Positions 36,657 through 50,065 are shown, counted from the stretch's first letter. The stretch: DNA of 64,000 nt from Pseudorhodobacter sp. (GCA_031402355.1 JANNSG010000085.1:6027-70026), one strand, 5' to 3'. Program-made: numbers and translations. Notes: generated by a model from the sequence alone, not told the origin.

Positions 36657-36706
36657 AAAAGTGGTTTTTCTGCTGGATTGACCCACCAAGCGTCGACAAG
36701 ACGCTG

Positions 36707-40950
<4,244 letters not shown>

Positions 40951-40987
40951 TTAGGCGGCGCGCCGGACAAGGTCTAGGGGGTGCAGA

Positions 40988-41701
40988 TCAGGCAGAGGCA
41001 GCAAATCTGCGTTGTGCTTCGACCGGGACAGGTTCGCGCAGCACATAGCCGCGACCCCAGACCGTTTCGATGTAATTGGTACCACCGGTGGCTTCCGCCA
41101 ATTTCTTGCGCAGTTTGCAGATGAAGACGTCGATGATCTTCAGTTCCGGTTCATCCATGCCGCCATAAAGATGATTGAGGAACATCTCTTTGGTCAGCGT
41201 GGTGCCCTTGCGCAAGGACAGCAGTTCGAACATCTGGTATTCCTTGCCGGTCAGATGCACCGTCTTGCCTTCGACATCAACGGTCTTGGCATCCAGATTG
41301 ACATTCACCGTACCGGTCTTGATCACCGATTGCGCATGGCCTTTGGAGCGGCGGATAATGGCGTGAATGCGGGCAACCAGTTCTTCGCGGTGGAAGGGTT
41401 TGGTCATGTAGTCATCCGCACCAAAACCGAAACCCTTGAGTTTATTATCGGTATCATCAGATCCTGACAGGATCAGAATAGGGGTATCGACCTTGGCCAG
41501 CCGCAACTGGCGCAAGACTTCATGCCCGCTCATGTCCGGCAGATTGAGATCGAGCAGGATCAGGTCGTAATCGTAGAGCTTGGCCAGATCGACGCCGTCT
41601 TCGCCAAGGTCTGTGCAATAGACATTCAAATTCGCATGGGTCAGCATCAATTCGATGCTGCGCGATGTCGTCGGATCGTCTTCAACAAGTAAAATACGCA
41701 T
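40988..41701 (-). CDS. ctrA: Cell-cycle response regulator CtrA
   Basis: [20 protein letters not shown]...[13 protein letters not shown] receiver domain plus an OmpR-type wHTH. Matches the CtrA sequences I recall. The track ORF is extended to 41734. Confidence 0.9.
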   Translation of the reverse strand: MRILLVEDDPTTSRSIELMLTHANLNVYCTDLGEDGVDLAKLYDYDLILLDLNLPDMSGHEVLRQLRLAKVDTPILILSGSDDTDNKLKGFGFGADDYMTKPFHREELVARIHAIIRRSKGHAQSVIKTGTVNVNLDAKTVDVEGKTVHLTGKEYQMFELLSLRKGTTLTKEMFLNHLYGGMDEPELKIIDVFICKLRKKLAEATGGTNYIETVWGRGYVLREPVPVEAQRRFAASA

Positions 41702-41752
41702 GGGGGTCAATCTCCGCTTCGGGCTGCTGTTCATTAACTATAGTGGGGAGCA

Positions 41753-41771
41753 ATGGTTAACCGCGCGTTAC
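41753..41771 (-). promoter_or_regulatory. Candidate CtrA box upstream of ctrA
   Basis: Minus strand reads GTAA-N7-TTAACCAT. It contains a perfect TTAACCAT 8-mer and a one-mismatch TTAA-N7-TTAA, about 60 nt upstream of the ctrA ATG. Confidence 0.45.
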
Positions 41772-41798
41772 CGTTGAAGATGACCAAACAAAAACAAC

Positions 41799-42077
41799 TT
41801 AAAGTTGTCGATATTTCTGCAAAGTTGTGACTTTCAGTGCTTTGTCGCCATGAAGTTCGACAGCTGACCGCCAAAGCGCGAATTCTTCTTCCGACAGCGC
41901 ATAGCGTTCGCGCGCGTCAGATTCGGTGATCAACCCGTAAATTACGGCTTTCACCACAATCGCCTTGCGACTTGCCACCCAGCGCCGGGTTTCCGGTGCA
42001 GGCAGATCGGCGCGGCTAAGCACGCTGCCATCCGGCAAAGTGACCTGTCGCGGCCCATCAACGCGTTTAAGATACAT
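41799..42077 (-). CDS. sciP: SciP-like (DUF1153) small transcriptional regulator, CtrA inhibitor family
   Basis: 92 aa. MYLKRVDGPRQVTLPDGSVLSRADLPAPETRRWV...TTLQKYR resembles Caulobacter SciP as I recall it. Lies directly upstream of ctrA, as I recall for Rhodobacter. GGAG SD. Confidence 0.7.
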   Translation of the reverse strand: MYLKRVDGPRQVTLPDGSVLSRADLPAPETRRWVASRKAIVVKAVIYGLITESDARERYALSEEEFALWRSAVELHGDKALKVTTLQKYRQL

Positions 42078-42220
42078 GTCCGGCTCCTATCTTTTGGGGC
42101 ACCATGGCGCATCAGGCTTAATCAAGTGTGAAACTGAGGGCTTGAGAGTGTCGCGCATTTTCATATATTCCGCAGGAATGCCGCAAAAACCCGTGCGCGC
42201 GCCCCCGGAAAGCCAACACC

Positions 42221-43360
42221 ATGCCGCTTGATCACCCTCTGAATTCACTAGGCTTGCGCAAGCCACCGCAAGACACGCGGGTTGTGGTGGCAATGTCGGG
42301 TGGGGTCGACAGCTCTGTCGTGGCGGCCCAACTGGCATCCGAAGGCTATGATGTGGTGGGCGTCACCTTGCAGCTCTATGATCATGGCGCTGCACTGGCA
42401 AAAAAGGGGGCCTGCTGTGCGGGCCGCGATATCCACGATGCGCGCCGCGTGGCCGAAACCATGGGGTTTGCACATTACGTGCTGGATTACGAAAACACAT
42501 TCCGCGATGCCGTGATCGAAGAGTTCGCAGATGCCTATCTGGCAGGGGCAACACCGGTGCCGTGTATTCGCTGCAACGAAAGGGTCAAGTTCAAAGACCT
42601 GATGGCCACGGCACGCGATCTTGACGCCGATTGCATGGCCACCGGGCACTACATCCAGCGCAAGATGGGCGCACGCGGGGCGGAACTGCATTGTGCCGCA
42701 GATGCCACGCGCGACCAAAGCTATTTTCTGTTCTCGACCACGGCAGAACAATTGGACTATTTGCGGTTTCCGCTGGGCCATCTGCAATCAAAGGCGGAAA
42801 CCCGGGCGCTGGCTGTCCGATTTGGCCTGCCCGTCGCAGACAAGCCCGACAGCCAGGATATCTGCTTTGTGCCTAACGGCAATTATGCCGCCGTTATCGA
42901 AAAACTGCGCCCCGGTGCGGCAGAACCCGGTGACATCGTTGACATGGCCGGGAGGGTCGTCGGGCGGCACAACGGCATCATCCATTACACCATCGGTCAA
43001 CGCCGCGGCCTTGGCATCGGCGGCTTGGGCGAACCTGTCTATGTGGTGGCGCTGGATCCGGTGTTGCGCCGCGTCATCGTGGGCCCACGCGAGGCGCTGT
43101 CGACGCGCCGAGTGGCGCTGCGCGAGATCAACTGGTTGGGGGATAACGCATTTGACAGCCGCGCGGAATGGACCCTGTCGGTGAAAATACGCTCGACCCG
43201 CCCACCGCGCGCCGCTGTGCTGCGCCCGATCTCGGCGACCGAGGCAGAGATTGAACTGCTGTCGCCCGAGGACGGTGTGTCGCCGGGGCAGGCTTGCGTA
43301 TTTTACGGCGATGACAGCACGCGTGTTCTGGGTGGCGGCTGGATCTGGAAAGGCCGCTGA
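42221..43360 (+). CDS. mnmA: tRNA 2-thiouridine(34) synthase
   Basis: PP-loop [12 protein letters not shown] and the conserved CIRCN and DQSYFL motifs. Confidence 0.92.
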   Translation: MPLDHPLNSLGLRKPPQDTRVVVAMSGGVDSSVVAAQLASEGYDVVGVTLQLYDHGAALAKKGACCAGRDIHDARRVAETMGFAHYVLDYENTFRDAVIEEFADAYLAGATPVPCIRCNERVKFKDLMATARDLDADCMATGHYIQRKMGARGAELHCAADATRDQSYFLFSTTAEQLDYLRFPLGHLQSKAETRALAVRFGLPVADKPDSQDICFVPNGNYAAVIEKLRPGAAEPGDIVDMAGRVVGRHNGIIHYTIGQRRGLGIGGLGEPVYVVALDPVLRRVIVGPREALSTRRVALREINWLGDNAFDSRAEWTLSVKIRSTRPPRAAVLRPISATEAEIELLSPEDGVSPGQACVFYGDDSTRVLGGGWIWKGR

Positions 43361-43365
43361 GCGGG

Positions 43366-43438
43366 TTTCCTATTCGCAAAAATACTCAAACCGCACATGG
43401 GTCTGACGCAGTATTTGAGTATTTGTTCGAAAAGGAAA
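43366..43438. repeat. Palindromic pair of REP-like repeat arms between convergent mnmA and lpxB
   Basis: Left arm is TTTCCTATTCGCAAAAATACTCAAA (43366..43390). The reverse complement of the right arm (43412..43438) is TTTCCTTTTCGAACAAATACTCAAATA, giving about 23 of 28 identity. Includes a perfect 11-bp stem AAATACTCAAA/TTTGAGTATTT. Confidence 0.6.
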
Positions 43439-43441
43439 TCG

Positions 43442-44581
43442 TCAAAGCACCGCAAGTACAGACCGCGCCGCGCGCAGGCCGGGGGCCTCGTCCCCCTGCC
43501 CCAGCAGTGTCAATGTCTGGCGCATGGCAAGGATCTGCTCGTGGTCATTGTGCAAAAGATACATCACTGCCGGGGTGATCAGATCGGCCCGGCAGCGTTC
43601 ACCCAAGAATTCCGGGACGGTTCGGGTCTGGGTGACTAGATTGACCAGCGTCACGGAGTCAATCAACGCCATTTTGCGCATCAACCAAAAGGTGAGGCGG
43701 TTCATATCATAGGCGATGACCATCGGGCAGCCCTGTGCCGCGAGTTCAAGCGACACCGTGCCAGAGGCTGCAAGCGCCACATCGGCGGCAGTGAATGCGG
43801 CTGCGCGCAGGTCCGGGTCGGGGGAGTGCAGGTAAACCGGAGCGCCGGGCCAGTCTTTCGTCAGTTTTCTGACCAGGCCGGACCGGCTTTGCAGGGTCTG
43901 GATCAGGATCCGCGCTGACGGAACCTGTGCGATGATCTGTGCCGCAACCGATCCAAAGTGCGGCGCAAGGCGGTTTATCTCACCCTTGCGCGACCCGGGC
44001 AGCATCAGGACAAGCGGCACATCAGCTGCAATCCCATGGGTTGTACGAAAATTGGCCCCCTGTTCAGGATTGGCCACCGGTTCCGATACGACCGGGTGGC
44101 CGACAAAATCGCAGCTCATCCCGGCAGCCGTCATATAGGGCGGCTCAAACGGAAGCAGCGCCATGACATGATCTATCACCAAGGCCATCTTGGCCGCGCG
44201 GCCGGGGCGCCAGGCCCAGACCGAAGGGGCCACGTAGTGGATGGTGCGCAATCGCGGTTGTGCCTGTTTGACGATGCGCGCCACACGCAAACAGAAATCC
44301 GGGCTGTCGATGGTGATCAAGGCGGCGGGGGCGGCGGCAAGGGTGGCGGCCGCCGCCTCGGCGATCCGGCGTTTCAGGGCGCGGTACTTCGGCAGCACTT
44401 CGGCGATGCCCATCACCGACAATTCATCCATCGGGAACAGGCTGGTCAGGCCTTCGTCTTGCATCAGCGGACCGCCGATGCCCGCAAATTCGACATCGGG
44501 ACGCAAGCTTTTCAACCCCGCCATAAGGGCGGCCCCCAGCCGATCGCCCGATGGCTCACCCGCGATGAGAAACAGCTTCAT
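43442..44581 (-). CDS. lpxB: Lipid-A-disaccharide synthase
   Basis: MKLFLIAGEPSGDRLGAAL N-terminus typical of LpxB. 380 aa. The track ORF is extended to 44671. Confidence 0.9.
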   Translation of the reverse strand: MKLFLIAGEPSGDRLGAALMAGLKSLRPDVEFAGIGGPLMQDEGLTSLFPMDELSVMGIAEVLPKYRALKRRIAEAAAATLAAAPAALITIDSPDFCLRVARIVKQAQPRLRTIHYVAPSVWAWRPGRAAKMALVIDHVMALLPFEPPYMTAAGMSCDFVGHPVVSEPVANPEQGANFRTTHGIAADVPLVLMLPGSRKGEINRLAPHFGSVAAQIIAQVPSARILIQTLQSRSGLVRKLTKDWPGAPVYLHSPDPDLRAAAFTAADVALAASGTVSLELAAQGCPMVIAYDMNRLTFWLMRKMALIDSVTLVNLVTQTRTVPEFLGERCRADLITPAVMYLLHNDHEQILAMRQTLTLLGQGDEAPGLRAARSVLAVL

Positions 44582-45390
44582 GGGTCTCGCGCCCAAAGAA
44601 ACAGCCCGGCGGCCTGCGCCGATGCCACCATTTCGGGCAGATCGAGGCAGATAACGCCGCCCGCCTGCCAAGCGATACCCGCAAGCCCCGATGCTGCCGC
44701 CTGTCCGACGGTCTGCACGCCCAGCGTTGGCAGGTCGATGCGCAGGTCCTGCCCCGGTTTTGGCGCCTTGTAGAACACGCCTTTGCCGCGCGATGGATCG
44801 GGGCGCAGCACTGCGGGCAGCAGCGCTACCCCTGCCAGCATTGCGGCACTTCCGGCCAGAACCTCAACCGCAAGGCATTGGCCTTGTTGCACCACCGCGC
44901 CCTGCCCGACATCGACCTGGCCCAGGGCGGCCGCGATCGACGCGGCCCGGGTGACGTCTTTTTCATCAATCAGCGCTATCCTGCCTGTCAGCACCCCGGC
45001 ACCGGGCACCAGCGCCGGGGCAATGTCGCCAACCCCTGCGACCGCCAGACCGGCCTCTTCAAAAATGCAGATGACGGCCCGGAGGGTGGCATCATCGCCG
45101 CCCTGAAACGCCGCCATCAAGCGTGGCAGGATCTGGGCCGATTGCGGATCCATTAGCGCAGGATCAAGTTTCGGGCGTTGAACCGCCCCGGCAAACACCA
45201 CCCTGCTGACATCCTGATCACGCAACCAGCCCAGAAAAATCGCCAGACGTTCGATGCGAAACACCTGGTCCACTGCAATGCCTTCGGGGCCAAAGCCGTC
45301 AAGGGCACAGACCAGTGGCGCCTGATCCAATGCGCCGATCAGCACTTTGGGCAAACCGCCGCGCCCGGCAATAAGGGCAGTGCGGGTCAT
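44578..45390 (-). CDS. lpxI: UDP-2,3-diacylglucosamine pyrophosphatase LpxI (DUF1009)
   Basis: Positioned between lpxA and lpxB, as I recall for Caulobacter. ALIAGRGGLP N-terminus. 4-nt overlaps on both sides. Confidence 0.8.
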   Translation of the reverse strand: MTRTALIAGRGGLPKVLIGALDQAPLVCALDGFGPEGIAVDQVFRIERLAIFLGWLRDQDVSRVVFAGAVQRPKLDPALMDPQSAQILPRLMAAFQGGDDATLRAVICIFEEAGLAVAGVGDIAPALVPGAGVLTGRIALIDEKDVTRAASIAAALGQVDVGQGAVVQQGQCLAVEVLAGSAAMLAGVALLPAVLRPDPSRGKGVFYKAPKPGQDLRIDLPTLGVQTVGQAAASGLAGIAWQAGGVICLDLPEMVASAQAAGLFLWARDP

Positions 45391-46184
45391 TTCGGGGTCA
45401 GAAACGAGCGGTCAGACGATGCAAGAATGAAATCCGTCATCTCTTTAACATAAGCGCTGTCAGTTTCTTCGGCCAGACGACGGGCGCGGTCCAGAAAGGT
45501 GCCCTCGCCCTGTGCCAGCATCTGATAGGCGGCGCGCATCGCGGTAATATCGGTGCGTTCAACGCCGCGACGTTTCAATCCGACAAGGTTCAGGCCGTCG
45601 AGTTCGCCGCGTGGTCCCTGCACCAGACCAAAGGGCACCACATCATTGGTGACCATGGTAACGGCACCAATGATTGCCCCGCGCCCGATGCGGACAAATT
45701 GATGAACCCCCGAAAGCCCGCCGATGATCACATCGTCCCCAATCGCGCAATGCCCGGCAATGGCGACCTGATTGGCAAGGATCACCCGGTCGCCAAGGCT
45801 GGCGTCATGGCCGACATGGGCGCCGGTCATCAACAGGCAATCATCGCCGACCCGGGTGACACCACCGCCGCCAGCAGTGCCGGTATTCAGCGTCGCCCCT
45901 TCACGGATGCGGCAGCGCGCGCCAACGATCAACCGGGTACGTTCGCCCTTGAATTTCAGGTCTTGTGGAATTTCGCCCACCGTAGCGAACGGGAAAATCA
46001 CCGTGTCTGCGCCGACCTCGGTCCAACCGGTCACGACGGCATGGCTTTTCACGATCACGCCCTCGCCCAGAGTGACCTCAGGCCCGATCAACGAGAATGG
46101 TCCTATCTCGACCCCGGCCGCAATGATTGCGCCGGGTTCGACATGCGCTGTTGGATGAACGCGCGCTTGCTTTGAAACAGTCAT
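45387..46184 (-). CDS. lpxA: Acyl-ACP--UDP-N-acetylglucosamine O-acyltransferase
   Basis: Left-handed beta-helix hexapeptide repeats (IHPTAHVEPGAIIAAGVEIGPF...). 265 aa from MTVSKQ. Confidence 0.9.
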   Translation of the reverse strand: MTVSKQARVHPTAHVEPGAIIAAGVEIGPFSLIGPEVTLGEGVIVKSHAVVTGWTEVGADTVIFPFATVGEIPQDLKFKGERTRLIVGARCRIREGATLNTGTAGGGGVTRVGDDCLLMTGAHVGHDASLGDRVILANQVAIAGHCAIGDDVIIGGLSGVHQFVRIGRGAIIGAVTMVTNDVVPFGLVQGPRGELDGLNLVGLKRRGVERTDITAMRAAYQMLAQGEGTFLDRARRLAEETDSAYVKEMTDFILASSDRSFLTPK

Positions 46185-46189
46185 GCCCC

Positions 46190-46669
46190 CTATGCCTTTG
46201 ACAGATCGAACATGGCGGAAAACGTGGCTTCGCAAGCAAGATCCTTGCCGACCATCGCGCGGCCATCGAATTTCCAGACCCGGCCGCCGCCACGAAGGGC
46301 CGTCACATGCAATTCCAGCACGTCGCCCGGCACCACTTTGCGGCGGAACTTCACCCCGTCCACGCCCATGAAGAATACCTTGGCCCCCTTGTCGACCAGC
46401 CCCATCGACAGCCCGACAAGAATTCCCGACGTCTGCGCCATCGCCTCAATGATCATCACGCCGGGGAAAATCGGCATACCGGGAAAATGCCCCTGAAACT
46501 GTGGCTCATTGAAAGTGACGTTCTTGATGCCAACGCAAGACTTATGCGCTACGACATCGCGCACCTTGTCGATCAGCAAGAACGGGTAGCGATGCGGAAT
46601 GATGCGCTGGATCAGATCCAGATCAGCCTCGATTACAGCGGGGCTATCGGGGGCGTTCTGTTCGGACAT
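46190..46669 (-). CDS. fabZ: 3-hydroxyacyl-ACP dehydratase
   Basis: [19 protein letters not shown] active-site motif. 159 aa. Confidence 0.92.
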   Translation of the reverse strand: MSEQNAPDSPAVIEADLDLIQRIIPHRYPFLLIDKVRDVVAHKSCVGIKNVTFNEPQFQGHFPGMPIFPGVMIIEAMAQTSGILVGLSMGLVDKGAKVFFMGVDGVKFRRKVVPGDVLELHVTALRGGGRVWKFDGRAMVGKDLACEATFSAMFDLSKA

Positions 46670-46782
46670 GTCGTCTCCTGAACATGGTTCGGATGCGAAT
46701 TCGCAACTGTCCCCGTGCTAACAACTTGGGTCTGATCCGGCAAGAGACGGCTGCATCATTCAGATAAGGCGCGCCAATCGTG

Positions 46783-47367
46783 CTACGGTGCCGGGTCGGG
46801 GCCTTCGGTGGGTTGTGGCTGAGGTATGGTCTGCAAACTATCGCCAAGAACGCTGTCGATGCGGGCAATGGCAAGATCCGTCACATCCAGCCGTTCAAAC
46901 GACAGAAAGACGGTTTTCTTGTCCAGAATGACCAAAGCGCCCATTTCCCCCATCATTTCGCCGAGGATCGGGCCGATGGCCGCCAGAAACCTTTTCTGGT
47001 CTTCATCGCGCGTGGTGGTCAGACTGCGTGATTTGGCCAGACGTGCCGCACGAATTTCTTCTGCTTTGGCATCAAAGGCATCTGCAAGCTTGCGAAAATC
47101 CTCAATCGGCAGACTTGGCCGGCGATCCGTCAGGCTTTTCTCTTCTGCCTCCAGCGCCACTTCGAGTTTCTTGTTCTCGGCAAGAAACTCGGCTTGTTCG
47201 CGCTCAAATCTCGCCAGAGCAGACTTGCCAAAGCGCGACTCGGCAAACAGTCGTTCAGGCTCAATCGTCAGCACCGGGCTTTGTGTGGCAGCCTCTTGCG
47301 CCATACCAGCCGATGTCAGGGCGGCAAGGGCAAATGCCAGACCAAATGCGATCCCCCGCCAGACCAT
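46783..47367 (-). CDS. skp: OmpH/Skp family periplasmic chaperone
   Basis: Signal peptide plus a long charged coiled region. Lies directly after bamA with a 1-nt overlap (TGATG). Confidence 0.8.
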   Translation of the reverse strand: MVWRGIAFGLAFALAALTSAGMAQEAATQSPVLTIEPERLFAESRFGKSALARFEREQAEFLAENKKLEVALEAEEKSLTDRRPSLPIEDFRKLADAFDAKAEEIRAARLAKSRSLTTTRDEDQKRFLAAIGPILGEMMGEMGALVILDKKTVFLSFERLDVTDLAIARIDSVLGDSLQTIPQPQPTEGPDPAP

Positions 47368-49727
47368 CAGAACTTTGTCGAGATCGTCAGATCAAAGCTT
47401 TGTTCTTCGTCATAGTCTTCCTTGGCCAAGGCCTTGGAAAAGTTGAACCGCAATGGCCCGATCGGCGTTGTCCACAAGATCGACAGTCCGATTGCCGAAC
47501 GCAGGCGGAAGGAATCATCAACCGGGCCGCCAGTTCCGACTGTGTCATCCAGCGACCAGACCGAGCCCACATCCAGAAATGCGCCACCGGTGATGCCATA
47601 TTCCTCTGGCAGACCAAGGGGGAAGTCTGCTTCAAACCGGGCGGTGACAAAGGCGTTGCCGCCAAGCGCATCACTGTTGGCCGAAGTCAGATCGCGCGGG
47701 CCGATACCGTTTGGTTCAAAGCCGCGCAACTTGCCGCTGGCAAAGAACCGTTCGGTGACCCGGCTGTTATACCCGGACAGCGTGCTGACCACGCCGCCTT
47801 CGAAAATCGCGCGGATGGTGACTTCTTCCTTTAGAACCTTGGTTTCTGCCAGCGCAAAGAGATTGGTCTGGATGTATTTCGTATCCCCGCCGACACCGGC
47901 AAAATCCTGGCTGAAGCGCAGCAGGACGCCGCCATTCGGGTTCAGCCCATTGCTGCGGGTATCATAGCTGTAGCTGTAGCCCAAGCTGCTGGTCAACAGA
48001 TTGCCCAAGGCCGCTTCACGCACCAGAATATCGGAACTGCCAACGGCGACGCCGGTGATCTCATCGTCGGAAATGCGGTAGCGCAGTTCAAGTTTGCCGT
48101 TTTCGCTGACAGGAAATTCAAGCCCCGTGGTCAGGCCGATGTTCTGCGTATCATATTCGGCATCTTGCTGGTCGGTCGTCCGGTAGTAGCCGCCGAACTT
48201 GAACCGCAGATCCCGGCCAAGGAAAGCGGGTTCTGCGAATGAAAAGCTGATATCGCGGTTGTCGGTGCCGTTCGACACGTTTGCCGCCAGCGATTGCCCG
48301 CGCCCCAGAAAGTTGCTTTCCGAAAAGCCAAGGTTCAGGGCGACACCCGATTGCGCGCCATAGCTTGCCCCGAACGACAGCTTGCCGGTGGGTTGTTCTT
48401 CAACATTGACATCGACGATGACCTGGTCACTTTGGCTGCCAGGCTGCGCATCGACCTCGGCATCGACAAAATAGCCAAGTGCCCGGATGCGTTCGGCCGC
48501 CTGACGCACTTCGCGCGGATTGAAGGGGTCGCCTTCAACTGTGCGGAACTGCCGCCGGACAACCTGGTCAAGCGTGGTGTTGTTGCCCTGTACATCAATT
48601 CTTTCGACGAAAATCCGCTCGCCGCGCGACAGTTCAAAGACGACATCCAGCGTCTGATCGCGGTCATTGCGGGTGATCTTCGGTTCTATACGCAAGAAAT
48701 TGATGCCTTTGCGCAGAGCCAGATTTTCCATCCGCGCCAAGCTGCTTTCGATCAAGGCCGGCGAATAGGTCGTCCCTGAGCGCAACTTGAGCACGGCATC
48801 GAATTCGGCCGCATCAATACCCTCAAGGGTAGAAACCGTAGTCACTTCGCCAACGTTGAAGCTTTGACCTTCACGAATATTGAAGGTCACGAAATAACCG
48901 TCGCGTTCACGCGACACTTCGGACGAGGCATCCAGAACCTGAAAATCGACATAGCCGCGCGACAGATAAAAATCGCGCAAGAGCTGTTTGTCGATATCGA
49001 CCCGTTCGGCAATGAAGGTATCCTTCTGGATCAACTGGCGCAGAAAACCAGCTTGCTTGGTTTCCAGAATCTGGCGCAACCGCCGATCCGAGAAGGCGCG
49101 GTTCCCGACAAAGGAAAGTCTTTCGATCTCGACCACTTTACCTTCGGTGATCTCGAACACCAGATCGACGCGGTTATCGTCGCGCCGGATGATGCGCGGA
49201 TCGACCGTTGCTGCGGTGCGGCCCTTGACCCGGTAGGCTTCGGCGATGGCTGCGGCATCTGCCTCGGCTGCGGCAGGCGAATAGACGCGGCGGGATTTCG
49301 ATGTGGCCAGAACGGACAGCTCTTCATCCTTCAGGCGCCTGTTGCCTTCAAAGCTGATGACGTTGACGATCGGATATTCCTTGACGGTGATCAGCAATGT
49401 ACCGCCACGCGGGCTGAGATCGACAGTTTCGAACAGGCCAGAGTTGACGATCCGCTGATAGGCGTCGTTCAGGCCTGCCGCAGAGACCGTCTCACCCCGG
49501 GCGATTCCCGCGTAAGAGACGATTGTCGCCACATCGACGCGGTCATTGCCTTCGACCGAAACGCTGGAAAAACTGTAGCTCTGGGCCTGGGCCGAGGTGA
49601 GGAACGGCGCAGAAGTGGCTGCCAGTCCAAGGAAAACAGCGACGGCTGTTTGCCGCAACACGCGCCTGCCACCGGATTTGCGCGCGTCAATTGCGCCCAT
49701 CACTTTTACCATCATCCCGCCCCGCAA
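47367..49727 (-). CDS. bamA: Outer membrane protein assembly factor BamA
   Basis: 786 aa with POTRA repeats, then a beta-barrel ending ...FDLTISTKF. Several possible Met starts between 49700 and 49727. Confidence 0.92.
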   Translation of the reverse strand: MRGGMMVKVMGAIDARKSGGRRVLRQTAVAVFLGLAATSAPFLTSAQAQSYSFSSVSVEGNDRVDVATIVSYAGIARGETVSAAGLNDAYQRIVNSGLFETVDLSPRGGTLLITVKEYPIVNVISFEGNRRLKDEELSVLATSKSRRVYSPAAAEADAAAIAEAYRVKGRTAATVDPRIIRRDDNRVDLVFEITEGKVVEIERLSFVGNRAFSDRRLRQILETKQAGFLRQLIQKDTFIAERVDIDKQLLRDFYLSRGYVDFQVLDASSEVSRERDGYFVTFNIREGQSFNVGEVTTVSTLEGIDAAEFDAVLKLRSGTTYSPALIESSLARMENLALRKGINFLRIEPKITRNDRDQTLDVVFELSRGERIFVERIDVQGNNTTLDQVVRRQFRTVEGDPFNPREVRQAAERIRALGYFVDAEVDAQPGSQSDQVIVDVNVEEQPTGKLSFGASYGAQSGVALNLGFSESNFLGRGQSLAANVSNGTDNRDISFSFAEPAFLGRDLRFKFGGYYRTTDQQDAEYDTQNIGLTTGLEFPVSENGKLELRYRISDDEITGVAVGSSDILVREAALGNLLTSSLGYSYSYDTRSNGLNPNGGVLLRFSQDFAGVGGDTKYIQTNLFALAETKVLKEEVTIRAIFEGGVVSTLSGYNSRVTERFFASGKLRGFEPNGIGPRDLTSANSDALGGNAFVTARFEADFPLGLPEEYGITGGAFLDVGSVWSLDDTVGTGGPVDDSFRLRSAIGLSILWTTPIGPLRFNFSKALAKEDYDEEQSFDLTISTKF

Positions 49728-49835
49728 TATCTTACTTGATATACCTGACTAACGGGAATGCAGGGGCTTGTCAAAAGGCAGTGATGGTTTTTTCTGGGGA
49801 CAAAAACCGCAACATCTTGTGCGTGTCAGTGAGCG

Positions 49836-49973
49836 TCAGGGCTGGATGATTGCCGACCCCAGAAACGCCCCGGCCAGCAATCCGACAGTGATCGTGCCAA
49901 GGAAAAACAACCGGTCCCAGTTCAGACCAACAATCAAGGACAAGCCTTTGTAACCCTGAACAACGATTTGCAT
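49836..49973 (-). CDS. Candidate small membrane protein (45 aa, MQIVVQGYKGLSLIVGLNWDRLFFLGTITVGLLAGAFLGSAIIQP)
   Basis: Hand-translated from the 338-bp rseP-bamA spacer, on the same strand as the operon. Two hydrophobic segments, but only a weak SD (GGGG). Confidence 0.3.
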   Translation of the reverse strand: MQIVVQGYKGLSLIVGLNWDRLFFLGTITVGLLAGAFLGSAIIQP

Positions 49974-50065
49974 GATCTAACCCCGACTGACCGATTTAGG
50001 GCCAAAATGCACGTGGATTGTGGCAGCAGTTTGACCGAAAGACACCGGCCCGTCAGCAATCGGCG

